Part shown: piece by piece, positions 35,116 to 46,181 of the stretch
Position numbering within the stretch: the stretch's first letter is position 1
Layout of the letters: every line of letters starts with the position of its first letter
NCBI RefSeq assembly: GCF_036321535.1
Contig: NC_087436.1
Coordinates: 119,786,001 to 119,850,000 of the forward strand
Length of the DNA: 64,000 nucleotides
Source: Camelus dromedarius
Lineage: Eukaryota
Direction of reading: 5' to 3'
The notes under the pieces: model-generated
The model's database searches: none
The model's input: the letters and a program-made list of their open reading frames with translations, nothing else
What the model was told of the DNA's origin: nothing
Translations under genes and position numbers: made by a program

Positions 35116-36708
35116 TCACTGGCCGGCATTGGGTCTCGGCACGCCGGGGTCACGCGTGTTGCCGGCGTAGAAGGGCTTCTCTTTCCACATGTAGCGCTGG
35201 CAGTGCTCCACGGCGCCGCACATCTCGGCCGCCTCTGGGCTCCGGCACCAGAAGCTGGGGCCCAAGACGCACTGGTCGGTGCCCAGCAGCGCGGTCCTGG
35301 GGACGTGGCAGGCGCCCATCTTCATGCACAGGGCCTCAGGGTCCATCACTTCCATGAGGGTCTGGACGAGCACAGGATGGTACTCGGTCACGAAGCGGTT
35401 GCACTGCATCATATAGGGCAGCGGCAGGATGCTGCAGCCGCCCTTGAAGGCCTTCAGAATGCCGGACACCGTGCTCTTACGCTCCAGGTTGCGGGCAGAC
35501 ACGCCGAGCAGCCTCTTGCATCCACTGCAGAAGCTGCCCTGGTCCTCCTTGTCCAGCAGGGGGCGCAGCGTGGTTGCCTGGGCCTCGGGGACTGACCGGG
35601 TCAGCCTGCGTCTGCCGCACAGCCGGATGGCTGTGCACAGCCTTTGCGGGGTGACTGAGGCCAGGAGCTCCATCAGGGAGGGGCTGTAGGCATCCACCAA
35701 GGTGATGCACTCCCGGACTATGGGAGTGGGCAGCATTGAGCACACGCGCTCCAGGGCTTGGCTGATGAGGGTCTTGGTGCTGTTGTTTTTCAGCCACTGG
35801 TCCAGCTCCTGGACCCCTTGCAGACACAGGTCACAGGTCACGCCAGCCGTCATCTGGACCTCGCTCTTCTCCCTCGGAGATGCCAGCTCCAGGGAAGGGA
35901 CCCCATCCACAGCAGCCACATGAGCCAAGCGGGCCGGTGTCTTAGGTTCCTCACAGAAGCCCCCCTTCCTGCAGATTTCATTCGGTGGGATAAACCTCAG
36001 GGTTTGCCCAGTAGAGGCAAAAATCCGGTGGATGTAGTTCTTGCAAAAAAGAGCCAGGCCCTGCCCCAGGGACTCACATTGCTCCTGTGTGGTCACCTCT
36101 GCCAAGTTGGACAGATTGGGCCCAACAGCATCCTGGAGCCGGGTGACCAGCTGGACACAGTCCTGGCACTCAGGAATCCGCGATGGGTGGAAGCTGAGGG
36201 TCCCACTAGCCATGAATGGGGCCACCACCTGGGACGTGTCCTCCTCTGAGAGCGGCCCCAGAGTGGTTGGGTGCCTCTGCAGTGGCTCACAGAGGGTGAG
36301 AGCCGCACACACCTGTGCAGGGCCGCTGCTGGGGGCCCCACCGAGCAAGCTCAGGATGGCCAAGTGGTGGACGTCCACCATCTGCTTGCATTTGGTCGAG
36401 GACTCCTGGCTGGGCAGCCACTCACAGGTCTTCATCACCAAAGCCAGGACGTCATTCTCCATGGCATCGGGGTTCAGCCCGTTGCTGGCGGCAGCCGCCA
36501 CATCCAGGCACACATCACAGGGCAGGGACTTGGTGGCGGGTTGGCTCCAGATGGTGCTACGGCAGTGCTCCACGGCCCCGCACCTCGTTGCTGCCTGCAG
36601 GTCCTGGCACCACACTGCTGAGCCCTTTGCACACTCTTCGGGGCCAGAGAGGGGGCCGGCCAGGGCAGCGCCCAGGACCCCGGGCAGGAGAAGCAGCGCA
36701 CAGAGCAT
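35116..36708 (-). CDS. PSAPL1: Proactivator polypeptide-like 1 / prosaposin-like 1, single-exon, 530 aa
   Basis: ATG at 36708 has A at -3 (gcagcATG). The protein has a signal peptide (MLCALLLLPGVLGAALA), an N-terminal saposin A-type domain (CAKGSAVWCQD..C..C), four saposin B-type domains with 6 Cys each (CDVC, CQDC, CDLC, CSGC), and a C-terminal saposin A-type domain (LLGTDQCVLGPSFWC). There are no introns. The stop TGA is at 35118-35116. Confidence 0.97.
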   Translation of the reverse strand: MLCALLLLPGVLGAALAGPLSGPEECAKGSAVWCQDLQAATRCGAVEHCRSTIWSQPATKSLPCDVCLDVAAAASNGLNPDAMENDVLALVMKTCEWLPSQESSTKCKQMVDVHHLAILSLLGGAPSSGPAQVCAALTLCEPLQRHPTTLGPLSEEDTSQVVAPFMASGTLSFHPSRIPECQDCVQLVTRLQDAVGPNLSNLAEVTTQEQCESLGQGLALFCKNYIHRIFASTGQTLRFIPPNEICRKGGFCEEPKTPARLAHVAAVDGVPSLELASPREKSEVQMTAGVTCDLCLQGVQELDQWLKNNSTKTLISQALERVCSMLPTPIVRECITLVDAYSPSLMELLASVTPQRLCTAIRLCGRRRLTRSVPEAQATTLRPLLDKEDQGSFCSGCKRLLGVSARNLERKSTVSGILKAFKGGCSILPLPYMMQCNRFVTEYHPVLVQTLMEVMDPEALCMKMGACHVPRTALLGTDQCVLGPSFWCRSPEAAEMCGAVEHCQRYMWKEKPFYAGNTRDPGVPRPNAGQ

Positions 36709-36749
36709 GCTGCGTGGTCGCTCGGCCGGCTCCACTGTGCCTGTCTGCC

Positions 36750-36845
36750 CAGCTGGCGCTATAAACCCAGCCGTCCCACCTGGCCCCTGAGCAGCCGCAC
36801 AGGGCGGTCCTGCCCTCCTGGCACCTCCGCAGCCTGACTCATCAC
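36750..36845 (-). promoter_or_regulatory. Candidate PSAPL1 proximal promoter
   Basis: A TATA-like TTTATA (36765-36760, - strand) lies about 52 nt upstream of the ATG, with a GC box GGGCGG at 36802-36807 and an AP-1 site TGACTCA at 36835-36841. This is motif-based only. Confidence 0.55.
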
Positions 36846-38309
36846 CCTGGTTCCCCACAGCCTGGTGTGGGTCGCTTCTACCTGGAAAACCGTTTTCCCA
36901 TCTTCCTGGGGAAACTCATCCATCTTTCAACATCCAGCTCAAAGACCCCTTTCTTGGAAGCCCACCTGCCCCCTTCCTGGGCGGCAGCAGCTTCCCCAGG
37001 GCTCACTGTCCTGTCCTGACTTGCTCTCCTGGCTGGGTCCCCTCCTAGAATATGAGACTCTTGGAGGGGACTTTGAGTCTCTTGGGGGTACAAAAGGCAT
37101 TCTGTCCTTTTCATGCCAGAAGATTAAGTGACTTTAACGACTGGTAACCACCGAAGCTGCTATTTTCTGTACTCAGCCTTGAAGTGGCTTGCCTGGCCAG
37201 CCCTGTTCCTGGCCCTGGCACTCGCCAGCGGTGCTGTGTGGGGCACCTTCGTGTCTTCATCTGTGATGGGAGTGCCTCCCTGGACAGCCACATGTGGGAA
37301 AGCTGGCAGAAAACCGGGTCCTGGGCCCAGTCAGCTTCTTCCTTCAGGAACCGTGGCCGAGGGTGGGCTGGTCCACAGTCGATAGGAAGATTGTTTCATT
37401 CCTGTGTCACTTGTTATCTCATTATTTTTCTTTCTTAGTCTTTAAAACAATTATCAGGCGAGAGAGTCAGCACTGGGCAGATACACACAGGTGTCCTGAG
37501 TTGGATCCTGTTTGTGAGATGGAGAGTTCTGGAGCCAGCCTCACCTGTGGCCTGATTTCCATGTGGCTCAGCATGCCTGCTGAGCTCCCCAGGGTGGGCA
37601 GGTCAGGAGCCCAAGGGTGTGAGCCCCTTGCATGGTGCCCCCTCTCAGATTCTGGGGCTCTGAGTGTCCAGCAGGGCCACTGCACCCCCAGGTATGTGGG
37701 TCAGGCCCTGGGCCCCAGATTGCAGCGGCCTTGGTGGAGGGACGAGACTAGGCTGTTCCATCCGCCTTTGGGGTCGGGGGCTGGGCTGGGAAGAGCACAT
37801 GGAAAACGGGACGTGCTGAGCTCTTTGCACCGCCCCCGGGACCGTGGTTCCTTTGGACCAGAGGAGGGGCAGCCTTAGGGATGAGGTGGCCCTGGGCACT
37901 CAGGTGCGGGGATGGCAGCTGGCCGCTCCTGGGCTTCATCTGCAGAGGCAGAGCTGGGGGCCTGGGGGCCTGGGGAAGGCAGGGCTTGGTTCCTTTCGAC
38001 ACCCTCTTTGTGCACCTGCTTTTCACTCAGCGCATCGCCTGAAATTCCAGAGCACCCACTCTTGTCCTACGAGGACTGCGGGCACAGGGCTGAGCGAGCA
38101 GGAGGCCCTGCCCGAAGCGTGGACAGGCCTGTGGCAGGCCCTCGCCGGGTGGCCCGGCCCCCCGCTTGGCCCTCAGGACTGCTGCCTTGGTCCTCTCCCC
38201 ACAACGCTGCCCGCCCCGGAGGCCCGGGGCGCTCTCCCCGCTGATGAGACACTGGACTGTTTTTTTTTTTTTTATAAAAAGTATATAAGAGACTTCTCTC
38301 TGGGACTTT

Positions 38310-39590
38310 CTAATTTTTTAATTTTTATTAAAATATTTCATGTAAGCAGGAAAAGGCACAGATTGTAAGTGCTCAGCTCAGTGAAGATTCACAAACCGAG
38401 CCAACACCCAGATCCAGACAGAACATCTGACGATTCTGGGCAGCCCCCCCACCCACCTGCCAGCTGCCCCTCTGCCCTGCCCCCCCACTGCCCCTCTGCC
38501 CTGCCCCCCCGCCCCTGCCCCCACCCGCTGCCCCAAATCAGACTATTTTGGCTTCTTAGGTGCAATATTGCACCTATGAGATTCGTCTGCGCTGTTTCAT
38601 TCTCATTTCTGCGTGGAATCCATCAGATGAATTCATTATTTATCTCTCCTACCCTCTGTGGTCATTTGAGTCACATCCGGGTTGGGGATAGCGTGGATGA
38701 CACTGCTCCAAACATTTCTATTCATGTCTAGGAACGCACGTGTCTCCCCATCTCTACTGGGTTTTCTTGAGGAGCAGAATTGTGGGGGTCAGCGTGCAGG
38801 TGTCCAGTAGACACCGACAGATGGTTTTCCATGGCGGGTGTGCCCGTCCCCCACAGCCCGATGAGCTGGCCTGTGTTTCTGACATGTGTCCACCATTCTT
38901 GGGGCACTTGTGTACTTAATGGCACAAGACTTGTTCCAGTCTCGTCTTGTGCTTTCCTTGAACCAGCCATGGAATCAGCCTGCTCGCCAAGGGCAATGGT
39001 ATTTAGAAACCAAGACCCAGACACTAGGTGTGCTCATTGTTACTGTGGTGTCATTACATCTAGGCTGTCTTGGTGAACAGAGCAGTGAACACCTTACCTC
39101 TTACTGACAGGGGTAAAGGAAGAGAGAGGGAGGGAGGATGTGTTCACATAGAAGTAGAGAAGCAGACATTCACAGATGTAGAAACAGATCTGCACATACA
39201 TGTGGACACACGTACATGTAACACAGCAACCATTTGTCATATGTCTTCATAAGACTGTGAGTTTACTTTGATCCTTAGATAATGACAGCTTAGGCAACAT
39301 TCTAGTTTTCTCCTTTTCTGTATTTTTAATTTCCTTGCCCAACAGTGAGGAGTTTGGCTCCCATTAACCTTAACATACTCATTTGCTGAACCCTAAAATC
39401 TAAAAATGTAGTTTCAGAAAATCTAACACCTGCCACCGTGAAAAGTAAAACCTACTAACTAGACTTCTGTATTTGTATACATTTGTCTTTAGCCTACTGA
39501 TAAAATTTACATATAGCAAAATGCACACCTCATAACTGTGCAATGCAGTATTTTCTGGCAAATACACACATGTGTGTAAAGCACGCCATG
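38310..39590 (-). mobile_element. Old L1 (L1MC/ME-type) fragments
   Basis: AT-rich L1 3'UTR-like phrases (aagtgctcagctcagtgaagattcacaaa; ctaggtgtgctcattgttactgtggtgtcatt; aaatttacatatagcaaaatgcacac). Confidence 0.6.
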
Positions 39591-41869
39591 GAGAGGCAGA
39601 AGTCTCCTGTGCCCTTTCCCCGTCACCCCTCAGCCAGAGTGAGTGCTTGTCTGGTCTTCCTCACCGCAGATTAGTCTCACCTGTTTCTGAGCAGGCAGCA
39701 GTGGAATCGGTGCCGGGCTCTCCCAGTGTCCGCTGCTTTCACTGTCCTTCCGAGAGCCAGCCCTGCCGTCCCCGCAGCTCCCGGCGCCTCGCCGCTGGGC
39801 GGAGTCCCCTGTGCCATCTGCCGCTGTCTCCTTATCGCTGTGGCTGGCATCGGGCACTTCCAGTCTGGGGTCGTTTGAGCGCTAGTTGCTGCTCTGTACA
39901 TTCTTGGGACAGAGTGGGCGTCTCTGTTGGGTGGGCACATAGGGCAGGACTGCTGGGGGGGCCTGCAGGCGGAGGTGGCACTGGCGTGGCGGCACGAGGC
40001 CGCGTCACCCCAGCAGTGTTGCTCCACGTTACCCTGATTTCTCCCCACAGAAAATGCCGGAAATGACACGCCGTGTGTCTGCCTACCACCCACCGTCTAA
40101 CAAAAGGCAGCATTTGCTGTATTTTTTTATAAATACCACTTGTTTTAAAAAAAAAAATCTATCTGGAAGTTGTTTATTTTTTCTTCCCAAGTAAAGACAC
40201 GTCTGGTCCCAGTGGGATGGGAGGTAGCATTTTGTGGGTGGGACCCTTAAGTGGAGCCAGGGTCAGGGAAGGGAAGCAGAGGAGGTGAGGAAGAAGCTGC
40301 TGACCCCTTGCTCGGAGGCCCAGCTCGGAGAGGGAGGGAACCAGGAGGATTCTGATGCCACAAAGCACAGAAGACACGGCCCATTTCTCAGCACTCTGCC
40401 CGGCCCTCAGGCCCGCATTTCACCATCAGTCCCCGAGGCCGCCCTGCCGTGTGGGTGGGAAGGAGCTGCCTGGGTACACGGTGACAGCTGCTCACTCTAC
40501 TGCCCACACAGAGTGGCAGGGGCTCCAGCCTGGCAGGGCTCGCAGCCTGCTCTGCACTCTGAGCACAGGCGTGCCGGCTTCTCCGACCTCCTGGCCCTTC
40601 CCTTCATCCCGCTGGGCTCTGCCTGGGGCTGATACCGATGCTCTCCCCCAGGGCGGCCCACTGTCCCTCTCTGCCCTCCCTGCCTCTTCTGGGTGACACT
40701 CCTGTCCCTGCCCAGGACCCCCTGCACCACCCGGCCAAGGGTGGGATCTGCGCAGTCGCTCATTTCCCGCGTATTTTTGCCACCCCTGCTGCGATCTGGG
40801 GCTCACTGGGGTGGGAGGAGGGACCGGCGTTCAGGTCCCGGGAACAGACCGCGGCCCGGCTGAGGCCAGGTGGGAACGGGCTCTGTGGCGTGGAGCAGGG
40901 AGAGGGCGGAAGCGGGCTGGAGAAGCGGGCACTCCCCTGGCCCGGTGGCCCCCTGGTCTCCCTGGGAAGCTGGTGCGAGCGCAGCGCTTGGATGAAGTGG
41001 GCACCCAGGGGAAGCACCCCAGGCGGGAGGCAGGGCAGGGGCAGAGGTGGTGGGGGTGCGCACCGCGGTCGGGGAGGCCAGCCAGCGCCTCGGAGAGAGA
41101 GGCTGGACAGGCCTCTTGAGCCACTGAGCTCCGCAGAAGAGGCACTTGTTGCTTCTGAGAAGGTCAAGGTAGGATTTATCCAGGTACCATCTTTGTGAGG
41201 TCTGGGGGAGAGAGGGCACTCAGGTGAGGGGCGTGGGCAGGTAGCCCAAGGCCAGGGTCACAGAGACCCCGGGGAGCCGAGCCCTGGCCCCGCAGCCAGG
41301 CCTGGGGTCTGCGTCACAGCAGCCGAGGGTGGGCTGGCAGAGCCAGGCAGTGAGTGGAGGCGGCCAAGGCGAGGTGAGGGTTGCCAGGGAGCCAAGTGGG
41401 AGGCCAGGACTCAAACCTGACCCAACAGGTGTGGGTGCGTGGGTGAGCCTGGAAGAGTTAAGGGGCAGGAGAGGGGGCCGTGGGATTCCTGAGCAGGGCT
41501 GAGATGAGCAGATGCCGGGAGGGTCCAATCAGAGCATCCGCTGAACACAGGGTTGGTGAGGATCAGACTTCACCCCTGAGCCCCAGAGAGGAGCTGGATG
41601 GGCAAGTCGGCCGAGCCCGGAGCAGCACCACCTGCCCTCCTCCCCTCATGTTGAGACACAGGTGCTCCTGGAGGGGTGGAGGCGTAGGGTTCACAGGGAG
41701 TCGCTGGCTACAGGGTGATCATCATTTCATGGATGTGTGATGTGGGCGGGGGCCCTGGGCACTTCCTGCTCCAGCTGAACCTGACTCCCCACCTGGGAAT
41801 GGCTGCCCTCCGAGGTCCACCTTGAGGTCTCGGCTTCATGGTAACAACAGAGGGAAGAGACTGTGCTCC

Positions 41870-42240
41870 TGGCAATGCCAGCTCTGGAGGCCAGAGTCTG
41901 ACATCACAGTGCTGGGAGGGCCGAGCTCTGGGGGAGGGCCCTTCCTCCCTTGCCTCGTCCTGGTGGTGGCAGTAAGCCTTGGTGTCCCTGGGCTTGGGGC
42001 AGCGTCCCTCCAGTCTCTGCCCCCGTCTTCATGTGGCCTTCTCCCTGTGTCTCTCTGTATCCAGATTTCCTCTTCTTATAAGGACATTAGTCATTGGATT
42101 AGGGCCCACTCTAATGCAATGTGACCTCGTCTTAACCAGTTACATCCACAAAGATCTTATTTCCAAAATAAGGTCACAGTCATAGGTCCCAGGAGTTAGG
42201 ACTTCAAGCCTGTCGTTTAGGGGATGTGATTCATGCCATC
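41870..42240 (-). mobile_element. MLT1B/C-like LTR
   Basis: ctggaggccagagtctga...cttcttataaggacattagtcattggattagggcccac...tttccaaaataaggtcaca...ttaggacttcaa. Confidence 0.85.
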
Positions 42241-43119
42241 CTCAGCAGAGGGTTCTGGCCTGCTGACCCTGACCTTTAAACCTGGACAGCCTGGGTCGGA
42301 GAGCCCACCCCTGCGTGGAGAGCATCTCGGGTCCGGGCCAAGCACCTGGGTGTTGGTGGGGCACCTGCCACGTGCCGGCCCTGGGTGCTGTTTGTAAAGC
42401 TCTTCTCAGCACAAGGCAAGTCTCAGAGGGTTTGGACTTCAGCTCCGGGACACACAGTCCTTAGCGTTCCTGGTCCCTGTAACCCGAAAGCCCTGGGAGG
42501 CACTGGGCCTTCCAGCCACGCTGGCCCCCAGTTCCAGCCACTTAGGGGCCCTGTCTTAAGGCTGTGAAGCTGTAGCCCCGCAGTGATTCGGGCATTAAGA
42601 CCAGAGACCAGAGAAGCCAGGAAGCTTAGGGGCGCAGACCCAAGGCGCAGGGACTCTGAGTCCAGCGCTTAGACACACAAGCCTCCGGAGCCCGGAGAGC
42701 CCACTGGGGTTCAGGATGCCAGCGTGGGCTGACTGTCTCCCTGTGCCCAGCGCCTTGAGTGGTCCTGTGCCACCTCCGGCCGAGTCTGGAGCTTCCCCAC
42801 ATCTGAAAGGCACATCTGAAAGCGCACATGGGTGCTTTCCCCACGCACCTCCCTGTGCAGGGCATGCCCCGCCTTCCCAGGCCAGGCTCCAGCTCCAGGA
42901 TCGTCTTAACATAAAAAGGCCCGCTCGCCTGCCCGGCCCAGGAGGCGGCTGTGGGAGAGTGCCTGGGAGAGCTGGCAGGGCCCTCCCAGCAGGCAAAGTA
43001 GGTTATCTCATCTCCCTGGGCGAAGGGAGCAGGCAGGTGACATGGGCAGAGTTCTCCTCGCTCTTAGAAGAGGAAAGACAGCCATCTCCAAGGGGCAGGC
43101 GGCCAGCACCGGCTCTGTT

Positions 43120-44170
43120 TAGCTTCACTTTCCTGTATGTGTTCAGCAGTGATTTACTGATCCCCTGCTCTGTCCTGAGTGCTGTTCTAATTTGAATTAG
43201 TGAAACAGGAAACCCTGTGCTCCTGGAACTCATAGGAGGAAGGAGAAATTAAACAATGATAATACATAAGTAGGTGTTATAAGATGGGGAAGGTGAGTGA
43301 GAGGGAGAGAAATTAGGGGTGGGGGTGGGATCATCAGTGGGGGTGGTCTGCCTGCAACAATATTTGGATGAAAACTCAACCTGGGTAAGAGCCAGGTAGG
43401 TGTCCAGGGGACGTGTGCTCTAGAGGGACTGGCCTGTGCAAAGGCCCTGTGGCAGGCGGGTGCAGGAACAGCAAGGAGGCTGGGGATGGAAGCAGGGAGA
43501 GCTGATCAGGAGGAGTTGGAGGTTGCTGCAGGAATCCAGGTGAGACCCAGGTGAGGGCCCGAGAGGCAGGGTGGGTCATGGCTCTGGATTCCGCATGTTT
43601 GTAGTTAGAGCCAATGGAATATACTGCGCGTTTGAATGTGGAATGTGAGAGGGGGTCAGGGACCAGGCTGATGTCTGACCTGACTGCCTGGGAAGCTGGT
43701 CTGGAGGAGGGAGCTTCAGGCAGGCAGACCTGTTGGCCTGGCCTGTTGTGACATCCAGGTGAGGGGCAGGTGCCTGATCTAGGGCGTGGTGTGGAGGAGG
43801 ACGAGGGAGGGGCACTGAGGACCGGCTGTCACTGCAGGTGGTGAGACGGGGGAGCAGGGGACGAGGGGAGGCCCAGGCTCGCACGATGGGCCCGCGAGTG
43901 CCGGCCTTTGTCCCAGCAGGAGGGAGTGGTTTGGGGGAAGGCCAATGGTGACCTCAGAAGAGAGGTGACCAGGGTGAGAGAGGGACAGGCCATCGGGGCT
44001 CAACAAGGAGGTCCAGGCCGGGGTGAAAGTGTTGAGGTCCCAGCCTCTGGGTGGTCTTTGAGGTTCCGAGGTTGAGAACATGCTGGGCAACCAGGGAAAG
44101 GAGCCAGGACTGGTGGTGAGGTGGGCGTGGGAAGGATTTAAAGATTTGACTGTCCTGGATGTGTCGGGAC
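43120..44170 (-). mobile_element. L2 LINE fragment
   Basis: gcctgtgcaaaggccctgtggcagg...ggaacagcaaggaggctgg...gaatgtggaatgtgagagg...ggtgacctcag, the L2 reverse strand. Other L2 pieces lie near 5520-5720, 21850-22110 and 59540-60200. Confidence 0.7.
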
Positions 44171-44298
44171 GGTGCTGGCCACCCCCATGAGGGGCATGGC
44201 AGCCGGTCACGTGGGCTGAGGGGTGCTGGGGAGGAGCGCTGGGGCTCTTGGAAGGGGACACACCGGGGGTCGAAGGCTGCAGGATGCAGGCAGGTGCG

Positions 44299-44331
44299 GA
44301 AGGGAAGGGAAGGGAAGGGAAGGGAAGGGAA
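44299..44331. repeat. (GGGAA)n microsatellite
   Basis: Seen directly. Confidence 0.95.
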
Positions 44332-44501
44332 AGAGAGCCCTGTTTCCTCCTCTAACCAAGTGATTCACCAGCGTCCCAGAGGGAAGGGCCCAACTCCCAC
44401 CCACCCCACCCTGGGACTGTGGGGTGACCACCCCCCAGGGGGACCTGATTTCTCTCACCTGAACCCAGCTCGGAGCTTGCACGGCTTTCGCCTCCTCTCC
44501 C

Positions 44502-44959
44502 TGGCTTAGTTCCCTGGGCCGCATAACAAAGCACCAGACCAGGTGCTGAACAGCAGAGGTCTGTGGTCTCCCAGTTCTGCAGGCCGAAGGTCCGAGCCCA
44601 GGGTGTCTGCAAGTTCTGTTCCTTCTGGCGGGTCTAGGGACAAGCCGTCCCAGCCTCTCTCCCAGCTTCTGGGGTTTGCTGGCGATCCTTGGTGTTCCCC
44701 AGCTGGTGGAAGCGTCGCCCCGACCTCTGTCTCCCTCGTCACACGATCTCCTTGCTGGGTGCCTGTCTGTGTCCACATTTCCTCCTTTTCGTAAGGACAC
44801 CAGTCATGTTGGACTAAGGGCTTACACTGCTCCAGTGGGACCTCGTTTAACAGTTCTGTCTACCACGACCCTGTTTCCCAATAAGGCCCCACTCTAAGGC
44901 ACTGGGGGTTGGGACTTCAATATGTGAATCTGGTGGAGGGGGCAGTTCAACCCATAACA
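44502..44959 (-). mobile_element. MLT1B/C-like LTR
   Basis: ttagttccctgggccgcataacaaagcacc...taaggacaccagtcatgttggactaagg...cagttcaacccataaca. Confidence 0.85.
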
Positions 44960-46001
44960 GCCACTGTCATTGGTATTTATAGACATTGAGGGTGCAGCTG
45001 GGGATGCTGCAGGGCCCCAGACCCCAACCCTCCATCCTGCCCACAGAGTGGTGGGGGGTCCACCTGTGCCAGGTGCCAGGCAGAGCCCACCCAGTCCACC
45101 CCCAGGTAATCCCCCCCACCCAGCCCAGAGGGAGGCACTGGGCCTGCTCTATCTTAAGGTGAGATCGTGTGGTTTCAGAACTTGCTGGTCACAGAACTAG
45201 TGACAGCTGAGGCCGAGGTTCCAACCAGGCAAGCCGCCTTCTGAGTCCCCAGGCCCTGCAGCTTTGGCTCTCTGGGGACACTGTACCCTCCTGTGTCTCC
45301 CCACACACTGGGCTCTTTGGATCCCAGGGCAGCCCAGCGGACAGGGGTCAGGGTTCTCCTGGCCTCTGAGGGGAACTTGGCAAAGGCTCCCAGGCCTGGG
45401 CCCAATCTCCCTGATTCAGATCATTCTGTCCTCCTCCGTGCAGATGGCCTGGCAGGGCACTGGGGGGCCAGGAGGGCCTTGCTTTGGTGGGGCTGGGCTG
45501 GACAGGCTTGAGCTCTCCTGGGAGACTGGACCTGGCTGGGGGGACACGGGCCTAGCTCACCAGGGGCCAGAAGACCCCTCCTTAGAGGGGAGACGAGGCA
45601 GATTCCTCTACTGGCTGAAGGGCCACTGGCCGCTGCTCCGCCCTGTCCCGAGCAGCTCCCAGGCCAGGGAGAGGGTCTCATTCTATTTTGGAAGACTCAG
45701 GTGGGAGTGTGTGAAGCAGCTGACATGTCTGGACAGAGGTGTCAGGCTGAGAGGCCCCTTTTCTGGGCCCCCAGAGCAGCTGCTGGGCGGACAGTGCTGT
45801 CGGGGTCTGATGTCCCCAGGGCTCTGGCTTGTGAGACACCCCCCTCACGATGGCTTGTCTCCCCTTTTACTGGTCAGTTAGGACACACAGGGCCTTGTGC
45901 TCTCTGCTCACCCCTTAAATAAGATCACTCCTGCTCCAGGGTGACCTTGTGGGGCAGTATCACAGTGCCCATACTCACCCATTCCACAGACGAGCACACT
46001 G

Positions 46002-46181
46002 AGGCTCAGAGAGGTTCGACCACTCTCCGCAAGTTCAGCCAGTGTGTGCACAGCCATCATCTTAGATTCGGTCACTTCTCTTTGTTTGTTAATCCCATCC
46101 TGGAAAAGGTTCTGTTTTCCATGGAGGGATCAGTACACAATTTCCAAGTCAATTAATCCACGTATGCGGAAGGTGGGCTTC
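46002..46181 (+). repeat. 180-bp direct repeat, copy 1 (putative donor)
   Basis: Aligns without gaps to 47180-47359 with 11 mismatches by my count, all transitions. Confidence 0.95.

Noticed and set aside
34915..36790. Long + strand ORFs (226, 163 and 249 aa) opposite PSAPL1
   Set aside because: These are shadow ORFs of a GC-rich coding sequence, with no recognisable domain.
36709..36858. 50-codon N-terminal extension of the PSAPL1 ORF (580 aa in the track)
   Set aside because: It starts at a non-ATG codon, runs through the promoter motifs and would bury the signal peptide. The ATG at 36708 matches the known start.
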